From Patescibacteria group bacterium (GTDB taxonomy: Bacteria > Patescibacteriota > Minisyncoccia > UBA6257 > GWB1-50-10): a DNA stretch of 39,484 nucleotides. Below the pieces are notes generated by a model. It saw nothing but the letters and a program-made list of their open reading frames with translations, had not been told where the DNA came from and did no database searches. Location of the stretch: positions 1 through 39,484 of the forward strand of contig JBBTYZ010000006.1 in assembly GCA_038061595.1 (NCBI GenBank), read 5' to 3'. Of this stretch, positions 7,036 through 17,278 are shown piece after piece. Position 1 is the stretch's first letter; every line of letters begins with the position of its first letter. The position numbers and the translations under genes were made by a program.

Positions 7036-8709
7036 ATGGCTAAGAAGATTTTTATTGGTGTTGCATGGCCTTACGTAAGTGGCGATATCCATATTGGACA
7101 TTTAGCCGGCTATTTATTGCCAGCTGATATTTTTGCCCGGTTCCACAGATATATTGGGAATGACGTACTTATGGTTTCTGGCTCGGATTGTTTTGGCACG
7201 CCAATTACAGTTGAGGCTGATAAGCAAAATACGACACCAGAAGAAATAGTTAAAAAATATCATCCGAAAAATGTTGAACTTTTCAAAAAATTAGGTATTA
7301 GTTTTGATTTATACACTAAAACCGATACAGAAAATCATAAAAAGGTTGTTCAGGATTTTTTTATAAAAGCGTTAGAAAGGGAATATATATTTAAGAAAAA
7401 AACAGACCAATATTATTCTGGGAGTGAAAAGCGTTTCTTGCCTGATAGATATGTAGTAGGAACTTGTCCGCGTTGTGGGTACGAAGATGCGCGAGGTGAC
7501 CAATGTGATAATTGTGGGAGCGTTTTACATCCAGGAGAGTTAAAGGATGCGAAAGGCAATTTAACTGGTAAGCCCGTAACTCTGAAACAGACAGAGCACT
7601 ATTTTTTCAATTGGCCACAATTGCAGAAGTTTTTGGAAAAATATATTAGTAAGCAGAAAAAATGGAGACCTTGGGTTATGAATGAAACCAAGGGTTGGCT
7701 GGAAAAAGGATTGAATGCTCGGGCCATAACTCGAGATTTGGATTGGGGAGTGGAGATTCCTACAGACAGAATTCCGGAAGGAATGCGGATAGAGGGCGCA
7801 GAAAATAAGCGGATATATGTTTGGTTTGAGGCGGTTATCGGATATTTATCTGCCTCCATTGAATGGTCCGGAAAGAATAATAAAGACTGGAAAGATTTTT
7901 GGTATAACGAAAAGGTGGAACATGCCTATTTTATGGGAAAGGATAATTTAGTTTTCCATACTCTTTTCTGGCCTGGCGAATTACATGCGTATGACGAAAA
8001 GATTCATTTGCCTGATTCGCTAATCATTAACCAATTCCTTAATTTAGAGGGAAACAAGTTTTCTAGGAGTAGAGGAATTACAATAGATTCAAATTATATA
8101 GTTGATGCCTACGGGCTAGATCCGGTGAGGTTTTATTTGACCCTTATTAACCCAGAGAATGCCGATGCAAATTTCAGCTGGGCGGACTTTGTGGGTAAGA
8201 CAAACGATTTATTGATAAGCAATCTTGGTAATTTCATAAACAGAACACTCACCCTCGCCAAGGGGTTAAAATTCGATAAAGGCAAACCTGATTCCAAATT
8301 AGAGCAGGAAGTTTCGGAGATTATAGCAATGTCTAAAAAACACCTCGAATCCGCCGAATTTAGGAAATACGTGGAATCTATTTTGAGCCTTTCTCAGTTA
8401 GGCAATAAATATTTGAGCGAGAAAGAGCCGTGGTTTCTGAAAGAAAAAAACGCGATAAAATTTAAAGAAATAATGTCCAACTCTATCTTTATGGTTCTGG
8501 GTCTATTATTACTAGTGAAGCCACTCATGCCAGAATCGGCAGAAAAAATAGAGAAAATGATTGGAGTTGAAATTGGTTCATGGCCCAAAAAAGAAACAGA
8601 CTATTTAATAAAACTTATTTCTGAAGTCAGAGTTGGTGAAGTTAAGCATTTATTTAACAAACTAGAAGACGAAGTCATTGAAAAGGAGAGGTCTAAAATT
8701 AAAAAATAG
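7036..8709 (+). CDS. metG: Methionyl-tRNA synthetase
   Basis: Starts MAKKIFIGVAWPYVSGDIHIGHL (HIGH motif), zinc knuckle CPRCG..CDNCG, KFSRSRG (KMSKS-like). The ORF-track start at 7000 lies inside the upstream terminator, so ATG 7036 is preferred. Confidence 0.92.
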   Translation: MAKKIFIGVAWPYVSGDIHIGHLAGYLLPADIFARFHRYIGNDVLMVSGSDCFGTPITVEADKQNTTPEEIVKKYHPKNVELFKKLGISFDLYTKTDTENHKKVVQDFFIKALEREYIFKKKTDQYYSGSEKRFLPDRYVVGTCPRCGYEDARGDQCDNCGSVLHPGELKDAKGNLTGKPVTLKQTEHYFFNWPQLQKFLEKYISKQKKWRPWVMNETKGWLEKGLNARAITRDLDWGVEIPTDRIPEGMRIEGAENKRIYVWFEAVIGYLSASIEWSGKNNKDWKDFWYNEKVEHAYFMGKDNLVFHTLFWPGELHAYDEKIHLPDSLIINQFLNLEGNKFSRSRGITIDSNYIVDAYGLDPVRFYLTLINPENADANFSWADFVGKTNDLLISNLGNFINRTLTLAKGLKFDKGKPDSKLEQEVSEIIAMSKKHLESAEFRKYVESILSLSQLGNKYLSEKEPWFLKEKNAIKFKEIMSNSIFMVLGLLLLVKPLMPESAEKIEKMIGVEIGSWPKKETDYLIKLISEVRVGEVKHLFNKLEDEVIEKERSKIKK

Positions 8710-8713
8710 CCAT

Positions 8714-8741
8714 TTGACACGACATCGAGTGGGGTTATGCT
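8714..8741 (+). promoter_or_regulatory. Sigma70-like promoter (TTGACA-16-TATGCT)
   Basis: -35 at 8714-8719, -10 at 8736-8741, upstream of the S41 peptidase gene. Confidence 0.5.
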
Positions 8742-8792
8742 AAATAATAGCTTGAAGCTGTTGCTTCTTTGAAATTAAAGAAGGAGGCGGTT

Positions 8793-9995
8793 ATGAAAAA
8801 CTGGCGGGTTTCAGTCCATTTCTTATTTCTTTCTATCTCTCTCTTCGTCTTCCCGTTCAGAGCTCAATCCCAGGATCCGCGTCGGGTTTTATCGTCAGCG
8901 GAGAGATACAGGATGATTCAATCAATATCAGTTGATCTACAAGACGTTTTAAATGTCATCGACACCCTTTATTATAAGAAGTTAGATTATGTCGATTGCT
9001 ATATCAAGATTCAAAATGGAGGTTTAAGCAACTGTCTTGATCCTTATTCCACTTATGTTACGGCGAAAGAAAGGGCCGATATGGAGGTTGAGCGTTTAGA
9101 TCCCACATATTTCGGTGTAGGAATTAGAATGATATTTGGGGTCGGCGATAAGTTATGCCTGCTCATACCCATGAGCGATACAATCTCTATCGAAACTGGA
9201 GTGAAGGCGGGGGATATGTTGCTTTCTATTAATGACCAACCAATATTCGGATTAGAATCAGATAGTGTGCGAAAGATAATCATTGAGGGATTGGATACAT
9301 TTTCTATAACCGTCAATCGAGACGGCAAGAAGATAGGACCACTTCACCTTACAAGAAAACTAAGATACAAAACTGATGTTGTTTTTGAAAAGATAGATTC
9401 TACACTAGCGCGCATTTATTTATTTGGATTCAATGCGCAGAGTTATGTGGATTTGGAGAATACTCTCCGGCGTGTACGAAAAGAGATTAAATCCGGCAGC
9501 TTTATTCTGGATTTGCGGTATAATCCGGGTGGCAATACGGGGTCTACTATAAATATAATCCACTTATTTGCGAGGGATTCAAATAGGTTGGTTGTAACTT
9601 TGAAGAATACCAATACGGGTTGGGTGGCAATCGACTCTGTTAAGAAAGTCGGAGAATTTCATGACTTAAATTTCGTTATATTGAACGAAAGGAGGACAGC
9701 TTCTGCTGCAGAACTTTTTTCTGGGGTAATGAAATCTTGGAAAAGAGCCCCGATTGTTGGTGACACCACCTTCGGCAAGGGAGTCGGGCAGCGATATGTT
9801 CTACTCCCAAGCGGCAATTTCTTACACTTATCAGTATTTGAGATGTTCTTAGGTGATAGCGCCAATGTAAGGATACAAGGTGTCGGCATTCCACCCGACT
9901 ATTTCATTGTTAATAAGCCACCTTCGTCTAAGATGATTTTTCGTGATGATGAATTTCACACAGCCGTAAAAGTCATAAAAAGAACTATTCATTAA
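8793..9995 (+). CDS. S41 family C-terminal processing peptidase with PDZ domain
   Basis: RBS aaggagg then ATG 8793. Signal peptide, PDZ-like GVKAGDMLLSIND, LDLRYNPGG and TASAAELFSG motifs. Confidence 0.8.
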   Translation: MKNWRVSVHFLFLSISLFVFPFRAQSQDPRRVLSSAERYRMIQSISVDLQDVLNVIDTLYYKKLDYVDCYIKIQNGGLSNCLDPYSTYVTAKERADMEVERLDPTYFGVGIRMIFGVGDKLCLLIPMSDTISIETGVKAGDMLLSINDQPIFGLESDSVRKIIIEGLDTFSITVNRDGKKIGPLHLTRKLRYKTDVVFEKIDSTLARIYLFGFNAQSYVDLENTLRRVRKEIKSGSFILDLRYNPGGNTGSTINIIHLFARDSNRLVVTLKNTNTGWVAIDSVKKVGEFHDLNFVILNERRTASAAELFSGVMKSWKRAPIVGDTTFGKGVGQRYVLLPSGNFLHLSVFEMFLGDSANVRIQGVGIPPDYFIVNKPPSSKMIFRDDEFHTAVKVIKRTIH

Positions 9996-10004
9996 TTATT
10001 AAAG

Positions 10005-10029
10005 TGAGGCATACAAAAGCCTCATTTTT
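10005..10029 (+). terminator. Intrinsic terminator
   Basis: tgaggc / gcctca stem followed by ttttt. Confidence 0.6.
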
Positions 10030-10043
10030 GGTATAATTTTCAG

Positions 10044-10403
10044 ATGAAGTATTTAAATTTTTCTTCGTTCCTTTTGAGGATCGGTCTTGCCTTCACATTT
10101 ATATATGCAGCAGTGGGTTCCTTTTTAGAACCTAATTCTTGGATTGGTTTTTTTCCAGTATGGTTAAGAAATTTAGCGCCAGAAAATATCTTACTTACAG
10201 GATTTTCCGTTTATGAACTCGTTTTATCTGCGTGGTTGCTTTCGGGTTACAAAATATTAATAACGTCAGTTCTTTCCGCGATAACTATTTTTGGAGTAAT
10301 AATATTCAACTTAGGAGCGATGGATATTATTTTCAGAGACGTGGCTATCTTATTCGCGGCGTTAGCGCTTTTGTTTTTGAATTTAGAGAGCAAGCAATCA
10401 TAA
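10044..10403 (+). CDS. DoxX-like small integral membrane protein
   Basis: 119 aa, about four hydrophobic helices, DoxX-like composition. Stop overlaps the next start (TAATG). Confidence 0.5.
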   Translation: MKYLNFSSFLLRIGLAFTFIYAAVGSFLEPNSWIGFFPVWLRNLAPENILLTGFSVYELVLSAWLLSGYKILITSVLSAITIFGVIIFNLGAMDIIFRDVAILFAALALLFLNLESKQS

Positions 10404-10804
10404 TGTTAATTATTACCTTTATAATTCTTTCAATTTTAGGGGCTTTGAATGCTGGCTACCTCGTCTTGAAGCACTACCAAAGAAAACCTCTGATTTGCCC
10501 TTTTAATCACGATTGCAACAAGGTAACTGAAAGTAAGTGGGGAAATATTTTCGGTGTTCGCAATGATGCCCTGGGCTTATTTTTTTATATCGCGTCTCTT
10601 GCGGGAATCATGACTGCGATTTCTAATCCAACCCTGGCGGATAATTTTTATAAATACATCCCCATAGTGAGTGGGGGAGCGTTTTTATTTTCGATCGCCC
10701 TTATAGGAATACAAATATTCATAATCAGGAATTACTGTTTCTATTGTATCGTCTCAGCGTTTATAAATTTTCTGCTATTTTTAAATAGCTTTTTCTTGAG
10801 ATAA
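10403..10804 (+). CDS. Vitamin K epoxide reductase (VKOR) family protein
   Basis: 133 aa from ATG 10403. Loop cysteines (ICPFNHDC), SKWGNIFGV, and CFYC (CxxC) in the last TM. The ORF-track 10232 start is an out-of-context extension overlapping DoxX. Confidence 0.75.
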   Translation: MLIITFIILSILGALNAGYLVLKHYQRKPLICPFNHDCNKVTESKWGNIFGVRNDALGLFFYIASLAGIMTAISNPTLADNFYKYIPIVSGGAFLFSIALIGIQIFIIRNYCFYCIVSAFINFLLFLNSFFLR

Positions 10805-10811
10805 ATTTTTG

Positions 10812-10882
10812 TCGGGCTGCCGGGAATTGAACCCGGTCTACATGCACCCCATGCATGCGTACTGCCGGTATACTACAGCCCG
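10812..10882 (-). tRNA. tRNA-Pro (anticodon GGG), no encoded CCA
   Basis: Hand-folded cloverleaf. Acceptor CGGGCTG/CAGCCCG with C1-G72 and A73 (bacterial tRNA-Pro identity set), U8, D-stem GTAT/GTAC. Anticodon stem CATGC/GCATG with loop ATGGGGT. T-arm CCGGG TTCAATT CCCGG. Confidence 0.85.
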
Positions 10883-10932
10883 CCTTTGGCGGGTAAACCC
10901 GCTTAATTGATTTGATTATAAATCTTAATAAA

Positions 10933-10959
10933 AATAACCGCTATCATTTAGCGGTTATT
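10933..10959 (-). terminator. Intrinsic terminator of rpmB (overlaps its stop codon)
   Basis: 10-bp stem aataaccgct/agcggttatt, followed on the minus strand by a T-rich run. Confidence 0.6.
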
Positions 10960-11143
10960 TTTGTTTGGTCAATGTTCGGATGCAGCGAGTGCAGACGAGC
11001 GATCTTTTCCCCGTAACTAAAAGCCGGGTCCATTGAAGATTAGCCTTCTTTTTGCTGTAGGCGGTAGGATTATAGTGTCCTCTAAGGAGTTTTCTTGTTC
11101 CACCTCCCATATATGATTTTGCACATCTTTCACAAGCACGCAT
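10955..11143 (-). CDS. rpmB: 50S ribosomal protein L28
   Basis: 62 aa basic protein, L28-like (C..C..GGGTRKLLRGHYNPT..KKKANLQ, C-terminal CTRC). Confidence 0.85.
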   Translation of the reverse strand: MRACERCAKSYMGGGTRKLLRGHYNPTAYSKKKANLQWTRLLVTGKRSLVCTRCIRTLTKQK

Positions 11144-11150
11144 GGGGCTT

Positions 11151-11179
11151 ATTGTATGTTTTTTGCTGGTTTAGTGCAA
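11151..11179 (-). promoter_or_regulatory. Sigma70-like promoter of rpmB (TTGCAC-17-TACAAT)
   Basis: On the minus strand, -35 at 11179-11174 and -10 at 11156-11151. Only 7 nt lie before the ATG (11143) and there is no SD. Confidence 0.5.
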
Positions 11180-11207
11180 GTTCTGTGTGTTTTGCGGTGG
11201 GAAACTG

Positions 11208-11232
11208 ACAAAAAAACGAGGATTTTCCTCGT
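11208..11232 (-). terminator. Intrinsic terminator
   Basis: acgagg/cctcgt stem flanked by an A-run and T-run, immediately after the stop of the 11235-11474 gene. Confidence 0.65.
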
Positions 11233-11234
11233 TT

Positions 11235-11474
11235 TTATGGTCTTGCTTTGAGTTTCTGTTGGGTTTCAAATGTTTTCATTGTTATATAGTTTTTGTAATC
11301 GTTGGTTAGTAGAACCAACCCGAAGTAACCACTAATAACTAATAAGAAAAGACCGAGTAGTATGCTCAATAAAATGTTTTGAGGTCCTATCAAATTTCCT
11401 AATCTCAAGAAAAGATAAAGCGGGAACATTAAGAAAGTAATGAAATGTGCAAGCGCTATGAGCGTGGCTACCAT
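11235..11474 (-). CDS. Hypothetical small membrane protein
   Basis: 79 aa from ATG 11474, preceded by gaggga. Two to three hydrophobic helices. The ORF-track start 11498 is a TTG extension. Confidence 0.5.
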   Translation of the reverse strand: MVATLIALAHFITFLMFPLYLFLRLGNLIGPQNILLSILLGLFLLVISGYFGLVLLTNDYKNYITMKTFETQQKLKARP

Positions 11475-11543
11475 TCGTTCCCTCTGTTCGAAAATCAATC
11501 TACTAATCTAATTATAAGTTATTTGTTGTTCCAATCAAGTCTA

Positions 11544-12185
11544 TTAACCAATCACTGTCTCTTTGTAATTTTTCTTTAAGAAGTTGAACTCGTAATATTT
11601 TACGTTCTCTCCGGTCCCAGTCTGTAATATTATTATGTTTTGTGTTTGGGGTATTTTGAATATGATGCTCCCGGAAACGCTAGATTTCGGTGGCATTGAA
11701 TTGAATGGGCCTTCTTCTGAGACTGGTTTCAAATTTGTTCCTACAGTACTCACATCAATAATTTCGAAAAGATATCTCGGTTCCACGCCCGCATAAGAGG
11801 TTGCCTCGTTGGTAAAGATTTTTATATTAACTTTCACCGTTCCATCAGATGATCGAGACAAAGATTCTACTGTTACTGTTAGATTGCTTTGGGGTAAAAG
11901 AGCGACGCTCGATTGTTCCTTGAAGATGATGGAGGTTGGGATTGATGCTGTTTGTGCGTTGCTTTCAACAATCTTGGGGGTTTGTGTTATGGTCGGGGTT
12001 TGGGGGTTTGAGTTCGGAGGCAACTCTGTTGAAGGAGAAAGTTCGTCTATGTGCTCTGCAAGCTCAATGGATATTTCTAAACTTTCCACCCGTTCTTTTA
12101 GAGTAGTTAGATTCGTTAGGACAATATAAAACCCCCCAATAGAAAGTATTATGAAAACTATGAATATTGTTAAAAATGTCTTCAT
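11544..12185 (-). CDS. Hypothetical membrane-anchored extracytoplasmic protein (possibly DUF4352-like beta domain)
   Basis: 213 aa. N-terminal TM, coiled segment, Pro/Thr-rich linker, beta-rich C-terminal domain. Confidence 0.55.
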   Translation of the reverse strand: MKTFLTIFIVFIILSIGGFYIVLTNLTTLKERVESLEISIELAEHIDELSPSTELPPNSNPQTPTITQTPKIVESNAQTASIPTSIIFKEQSSVALLPQSNLTVTVESLSRSSDGTVKVNIKIFTNEATSYAGVEPRYLFEIIDVSTVGTNLKPVSEEGPFNSMPPKSSVSGSIIFKIPQTQNIIILQTGTGENVKYYEFNFLKKNYKETVIG

Positions 12186-12224
12186 AAACTTTTACTGCTC
12201 TTTTAACCACATTATATCATTCCG

Positions 12225-12233
12225 TGATATAAT
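12225..12233 (+). promoter_or_regulatory. Extended -10 promoter element (TGaTATAAT)
   Basis: TG 12225-12226 and TATAAT 12228-12233, 12 nt upstream of the M50 protease ATG. No obvious -35. Confidence 0.4.
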
Positions 12234-12245
12234 TTATAAAATATT

Positions 12246-12854
12246 ATGGAGATAAAAATATTTTTGTACATAATCATTATTCTGTCGGCCACTTTCCATG
12301 AGTATGGACACGCTTTTGTAGCCAATTTTTTGGGAGACGACACCGCTAAACGTGAAGGTCGTTTAACATTGAACCCCTTAAAACATATTGATCCGCTGGG
12401 TACGGTTATTATTCCATTAGTGCTTTTACTCACCTCTGGAGTTTTTATAGGTTGGGCGAAGCCTGTTCCGTACAATCCCTATAATTTAAAGGACAAAAAA
12501 TACGGCTCCTTGAAGGTTGGTCTGGCTGGCCCCGGAGCTAATTTTATTATCGCTATCTTACTAGGATTAATTATGAGGTTTTATCCGTCAGGGTTATTCG
12601 TAAATCCGCTATTTCCGCAGTTCCTTGGTCTCATAGTTTACATAAATATTTTTCTAGGCTTATTCAACCTACTTCCGATAGCGCCTTTCGACGGCTCTAA
12701 GATATTTGCCGATCTTTTCCCGAAACAAGCCAATATTATATTAAGTTCCGGTTTTGCTGGATTGTTTTTAGCTTTAATGGTCGGATTTTTCGTTATCCCA
12801 CCCATAGCAAGAATTCTATTTCTTTTAATAGTTGGTGAAGGCCCGAATTTCTAG
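12246..12854 (+). CDS. Site-2 protease family zinc metalloprotease (peptidase M50)
   Basis: 202 aa polytopic protein. HEYGHAFVA (HExxH) and NLLPIAPFDGSKI motifs. Confidence 0.8.
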   Translation: MEIKIFLYIIIILSATFHEYGHAFVANFLGDDTAKREGRLTLNPLKHIDPLGTVIIPLVLLLTSGVFIGWAKPVPYNPYNLKDKKYGSLKVGLAGPGANFIIAILLGLIMRFYPSGLFVNPLFPQFLGLIVYINIFLGLFNLLPIAPFDGSKIFADLFPKQANIILSSGFAGLFLALMVGFFVIPPIARILFLLIVGEGPNF

Positions 12855-12861
12855 GTTATAA

Positions 12862-12891
12862 TTGACAAAACGTCGGCTTTTTTGCTAATCT
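12862..12891 (+). promoter_or_regulatory. Candidate promoter of the str operon
   Basis: TTGACA 12862-12867, then 16-18 nt to gctaat/taatct. Confidence 0.4.
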
Positions 12892-12912
12892 GTATAAACA
12901 TTTTTATATACA

Positions 12913-13326
12913 ATGCCCACAATAGGACAGCTTATAAAGAGAGGTAGGAAGAGAATCTCAAGGAAGGAAAAAACTCCAGGCCTTTCTTTTTATTTCAATT
13001 ATTTGAAAAACAGACCGGTTGATTCTCCATCACCATTCAAACGGGGAGTTTGTGTAAAAGTTTTCACTACGACTCCTAAGAAACCGAACTCGGCTTTGAG
13101 AAAAGTGGCAAGAGTGCGTCTTACGAATGGGTCAGAGGTAACCGCTTATATTCCGGGTGAAGGGCATAATTTGCAGGAGCACTCTGTGGTTATGATCCGT
13201 GGCGGCAGGGTTAAAGATTTGCCGGGCGTAAGATATCATATTGTTAGAGGTGTATTGGATACTGGTGGAGTAGATAGGAATCAACAGAGATCAAAGTATG
13301 GGGCCAAACGTAAAAAGAAGGCATAA
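12913..13326 (+). CDS. rpsL: 30S ribosomal protein S12
   Basis: [12 protein letters not shown].., [19 protein letters not shown]. Carries a ~13 aa insertion near the N-terminus relative to E. coli S12. Confidence 0.95.
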   Translation: MPTIGQLIKRGRKRISRKEKTPGLSFYFNYLKNRPVDSPSPFKRGVCVKVFTTTPKKPNSALRKVARVRLTNGSEVTAYIPGEGHNLQEHSVVMIRGGRVKDLPGVRYHIVRGVLDTGGVDRNQQRSKYGAKRKKKA

Positions 13327-13332
13327 ACCAAA

Positions 13333-13806
13333 ATGCGAAAGAGAAGTTATTACAAAAAAAGAGAACATACGGGAGATTATGTGCACAATCGGGTTGATAT
13401 GGGCCGGTTTATTAATTATTTAATGTCGGAGGGCAAAAAGACAACCGCCGAAAGAGTTTTCTACGCATCTTTGGAAGAAATCAAAAAGACAACTAAAGAC
13501 GACCCGGTAAAAGTTTTTGAAAAAGCGTTAGAAAATGCTGCCCCTCTCCTTGAGGTTCGTTCAAGGAGGGTTGGTGGTGCTAATTATCAGATACCACAAG
13601 AAGTTTCTCCGCAAAGAAAGTTTTTCTTGGCGACTCATTGGCTTATCGATGCCGCGAGGAAAAGAAAAGGAAAACCAATGGCTTCAAAGTTGGCAGAAGA
13701 ATTTATCGCCGCTTATAAAAACGAAGGCGCCGCGGTTAAGAAAAAACAAGATACTCATCGAATGGCGGAAGCGAACCGCGCGTTCGCAAGTTTCCTAAGG
13801 AGATAA
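13333..13806 (+). CDS. rpsG: 30S ribosomal protein S7
   Basis: 157 aa, S7 motifs ([15 protein letters not shown]). Confidence 0.95.
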   Translation: MRKRSYYKKREHTGDYVHNRVDMGRFINYLMSEGKKTTAERVFYASLEEIKKTTKDDPVKVFEKALENAAPLLEVRSRRVGGANYQIPQEVSPQRKFFLATHWLIDAARKRKGKPMASKLAEEFIAAYKNEGAAVKKKQDTHRMAEANRAFASFLRR

Positions 13807-13807
13807 T

Positions 13808-15910
13808 ATGCCCCGGCTTTATCCAATTGAAAGAGTCCGAGACATCGGAATCATTGCTCATATTGATGCTGGCAAGACTACTGTTTCAGAAAGAATTCTT
13901 TTTTATACCGGCGTATCTCATAAGATAGGAGAAGTGCATGAGGGCGATACTGTTATGGATTGGATGGAGCAAGAACGAGAAAGGGGAATTACAATTACCT
14001 CCGCTGCGACAACTTGTTTTTGGACTCCCACCTATAACAAAGGAGATAAGGCATTTGAGCACCGCATAAACTTGATTGATACTCCTGGGCATATTGATTT
14101 CACGGTTGAGGTCAAGCGCTCGCTTCGTGTTCTGGATGGGGCAGTAGTTATTTTTGATGGTGTTGCTGGCGTTGAGCCTCAATCGGAAACAAACTGGCAT
14201 TATGCTGATGAATATAAAGTTCCACGTATTTGTTTTATCAACAAACTTGATAGAACCGGAGCAAGTTTTGAAAACAGTTTTAGGTCAATATTGGAACGTT
14301 TAACCCCGAACGCGATAGCGGTTCAAATTCCAATTGGTTTGGAGGGTAATTTTGAAGGAGTGATTGATCTCTTGAAGATGAAGGCTTATTACTCTGAAGG
14401 AGATAAGGGGGAAATTATTATAGAAAAAGAAATTCCGGATAATTTTAAGGAAGAAGCGATAAAGAAAAGAAAGGAACTGATTGAAAAAATAGTTGAGCAT
14501 GATGACGCTCTTATGTCTCATTATCTTGAGGGCAAAGAACCAGATACGGATTCTTTGAAAAAGATTCTTCGTAAAGCGACTATTGCAAATACTATTGTCC
14601 CAGTATTTTGTGGCTCCGCTCTAAAGAATAAAGGAGTACAACTAGTGTTGGATGGTGTAGTAGATTACCTACCTTCCCCAATAGACATGCCTCCTGTAAA
14701 AGGTATTAATTCAAAACTTGAGGAAGAGGAATGTAAACCAGAAGACGATGCGTTCTTGGCTGCCCTCGCATTTAAAATAGCATCAGACCCTTTTGTGGGA
14801 TCACTTACTTTTTTTAGAGTTTATTCAGGTGTGATGAAACGCGGAAGTTATATTTTGAACTCCACAAAAAACAATCAGGAACGTATCGGCAGGATTTTGC
14901 GTATGCACGCAAACCATCGGGAAGAGGTAGATGAGATTTATGCTGGTGATTTGGGCGCGTTAGTCGGCCTTAAAAATACCACAACCGGGGACACGCTTAC
15001 TGATCCCGATCACCCACTTATATTAGAAAGAATTACATTTCCGGAGCCCGTTATCTCTGTTCGTATTGAACCGAAAACAAAAGCTGACCAGGAAAAAATG
15101 GGCATCGCGCTTCGTAGGCTTGGTGAAGAAGACCCAACATTTAGAATGGGGGGCGATCCAGAAACCGGAGAAACAATTATCTCTGGCATGGGCGAATTGC
15201 ATTTGGAAATTATTGTTGACCGGATGAAAAGAGAATTTGGAGTTGGAGCAAATGTCGGTCGTCCTCAGGTAGCTTATAAAGAAACCATTAAAGGAAAATC
15301 TGAAGCTGAAGGAAAATATATTCGGCAATCAGGCGGTAAGGGTCAATACGGACATGTTTGGCTTAAGGTTGAGCCATTGGAACGAGGCAAGGGTTTTGAA
15401 TTTATAAGTGCGATTAAAGGAGGAACCATTCCACAAGAATTTATACCCGCTGCCGAAAAAGGCATTGAAGAGGCGGTGCAAAAGGGCGTGCTCGCGGGCT
15501 ACCCCTTAGTTGATCTTGCCGTAACTTTATTTGACGGTTCTTTTCATGAGGTTGATTCATCCGAAATGGCTTTCAAAATTGCCGGATCAATGGCTCTACA
15601 GGAGGCTGTGCGCCGATCAAAACCCGTTATCTTGGAGCCGGTTATGAAGGTGCAAGTTCTTGTTCCACCAGACTTTTTGGGTGACGTGACCGGAGATTTG
15701 AGTTCTAAGCGTGGAAAGATTAAAGAAATGGGCGAAAGGGGTACGATACGCATAGTCGATTGTGATGTCCCGCTTTCAGAAATGTTCGGTTATTCAACGG
15801 GGCTTCGTTCAATGACTCAAGGACGCGGTTCGTTCACTATGGAATTCAGTCATTATGAGGAAGTGCCTGCGAGCGTTGCCCAACTTATCATAGAGGGTAG
15901 GAAAAAATAG
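13808..15910 (+). CDS. fusA: Elongation factor G
   Basis: 700 aa. [25 protein letters not shown], full domain set. Confidence 0.97.
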   Translation: MPRLYPIERVRDIGIIAHIDAGKTTVSERILFYTGVSHKIGEVHEGDTVMDWMEQERERGITITSAATTCFWTPTYNKGDKAFEHRINLIDTPGHIDFTVEVKRSLRVLDGAVVIFDGVAGVEPQSETNWHYADEYKVPRICFINKLDRTGASFENSFRSILERLTPNAIAVQIPIGLEGNFEGVIDLLKMKAYYSEGDKGEIIIEKEIPDNFKEEAIKKRKELIEKIVEHDDALMSHYLEGKEPDTDSLKKILRKATIANTIVPVFCGSALKNKGVQLVLDGVVDYLPSPIDMPPVKGINSKLEEEECKPEDDAFLAALAFKIASDPFVGSLTFFRVYSGVMKRGSYILNSTKNNQERIGRILRMHANHREEVDEIYAGDLGALVGLKNTTTGDTLTDPDHPLILERITFPEPVISVRIEPKTKADQEKMGIALRRLGEEDPTFRMGGDPETGETIISGMGELHLEIIVDRMKREFGVGANVGRPQVAYKETIKGKSEAEGKYIRQSGGKGQYGHVWLKVEPLERGKGFEFISAIKGGTIPQEFIPAAEKGIEEAVQKGVLAGYPLVDLAVTLFDGSFHEVDSSEMAFKIAGSMALQEAVRRSKPVILEPVMKVQVLVPPDFLGDVTGDLSSKRGKIKEMGERGTIRIVDCDVPLSEMFGYSTGLRSMTQGRGSFTMEFSHYEEVPASVAQLIIEGRKK

Positions 15911-15914
15911 GGGG

Positions 15915-15942
15915 TTGACATATCTAGGGGGTTAAGTAGAAT
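15915..15942 (+). promoter_or_regulatory. Sigma70-like promoter upstream of tuf (TTGACA-16-TAGAAT)
   Basis: -35 at 15915-15920, -10 at 15937-15942. Confidence 0.55.
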
Positions 15943-15993
15943 TAGTGCTACATTGTTTAAAAATAGGTCGAACTATTAATAAATTAAAAAATC

Positions 15994-17193
15994 ATGGCAG
16001 AAAAAGCAAAATTTGAACGAAAGAAACCGCATGTAAACGTCGGAACCATCGGTCACGTTGACCATGGCAAAACGACTTTGACAGCGGCTATTACGCACGT
16101 CCTTTTTATGAAGGGACTCGCTGGTAAGGAAGAAAAAGTAGGAGAGATCGATAACGCTCCAGAAGAAAAAGCCCGAGGCATCACTATTGCCTTACACCAT
16201 TCCGAATATGAGTCGGAGAAAAGACACTATGCACACATCGACTGTCCAGGACACGCAGACTATATAAAGAATATGATTACTGGTGCCGCCCAGCTTGATG
16301 GCGCGATTCTAGTAGTGTCCGCCGCTGATGGTCCGATGCCTCAGACAAGAGAACATATTCTCCTTGCTCGCCAAGTGGGTGTGCCAGAAATTGTCGTTTT
16401 TTTGAACAAGGTTGATATGGTTGATGATCCGGAACTTGTTGATTTGGTTGAGAGCGAGATTCGCGAACTTTTAAAGAAATATAACTTCCCAGGTGACAAA
16501 ACCCCCGTTATTAGGGGTTCAGCCTTAAAAGCGTTGAATGCTAAGTCGGGTGATGATGCAGATGCCAAGCCGATTTTGGACTTGATTAAAGCTTTAGATG
16601 ATTTTATTCCTGAACCGGTTCGTGAAATCGAAAAACCATTTCTTATGCCAATTGAAGACATTTTCTCAATTGAAGGACGAGGTACGGTTGTAACCGGCCG
16701 TGTTGAGAGAGGTATGGTAAAAGTGAACGAGGAAATCGAAATAATCGGTTTAAGACCGGTTCAAAAAACGGTTGTAACCGGAATCGAAATGTTCCAGAAA
16801 CTACTTGATGAGGGAAGAGCCGGCGATAACGTTGGAATTCTTCTTCGTGGATTGAAGAAAGAAGACGTGGAGCGCGGACAAGTTCTCGCAAAGCCGGCAT
16901 CCGTTACTCCGCACACAGAATTTGAAGCCGAGGTTTATGTTCTCTCTAAAGAAGAAGGCGGCAGACACACGCCATTCTTTAAAGGATATAAACCGCAGTT
17001 CTATATCAGAACAACCGACGTTACTGGTGAAGTTATTTTGCCAGAAGGCATTGAAATGGTAATGCCCGGCGACACTACTAAGATTACGGTTAAACTCATT
17101 GCTCCTGTTGCGCTTGAAGAAAAACAAAGATTTGCTATCCGAGAAGGAGGCAAAACTGTAGGAGCAGGAGTCGTAACCAAAATTTTTAAGTAG
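15994..17193 (+). CDS. tuf: Elongation factor Tu
   Basis: 399 aa. [22 protein letters not shown]. Confidence 0.98.
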   Translation: MAEKAKFERKKPHVNVGTIGHVDHGKTTLTAAITHVLFMKGLAGKEEKVGEIDNAPEEKARGITIALHHSEYESEKRHYAHIDCPGHADYIKNMITGAAQLDGAILVVSAADGPMPQTREHILLARQVGVPEIVVFLNKVDMVDDPELVDLVESEIRELLKKYNFPGDKTPVIRGSALKALNAKSGDDADAKPILDLIKALDDFIPEPVREIEKPFLMPIEDIFSIEGRGTVVTGRVERGMVKVNEEIEIIGLRPVQKTVVTGIEMFQKLLDEGRAGDNVGILLRGLKKEDVERGQVLAKPASVTPHTEFEAEVYVLSKEEGGRHTPFFKGYKPQFYIRTTDVTGEVILPEGIEMVMPGDTTKITVKLIAPVALEEKQRFAIREGGKTVGAGVVTKIFK

Positions 17194-17222
17194 AATGCGA
17201 GCTTCGTTCTAAAATACTAACG

Positions 17223-17251
17223 CAATGCTCCGATCGCGGATCGGAGCATTG
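17223..17251 (+). terminator. Strong hairpin between tuf and rpsJ (terminator or attenuator)
   Basis: aatgctccgatc gcg gatcggagcatt, a 12-13 bp perfect stem followed by gttgtt (weak T-tract). Confidence 0.5.
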
Positions 17252-17278
17252 TTGTTATCTCGGAGTTCAGAAATTTCT

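Noticed and set aside
10883-10900. Hairpin cccgcc..ggcggg overlapping the 5' end of tRNA-Pro as a separate regulatory element
   Set aside because: It is short and shares bases with the acceptor stem. It is most simply part of the precursor leader removed by RNase P.
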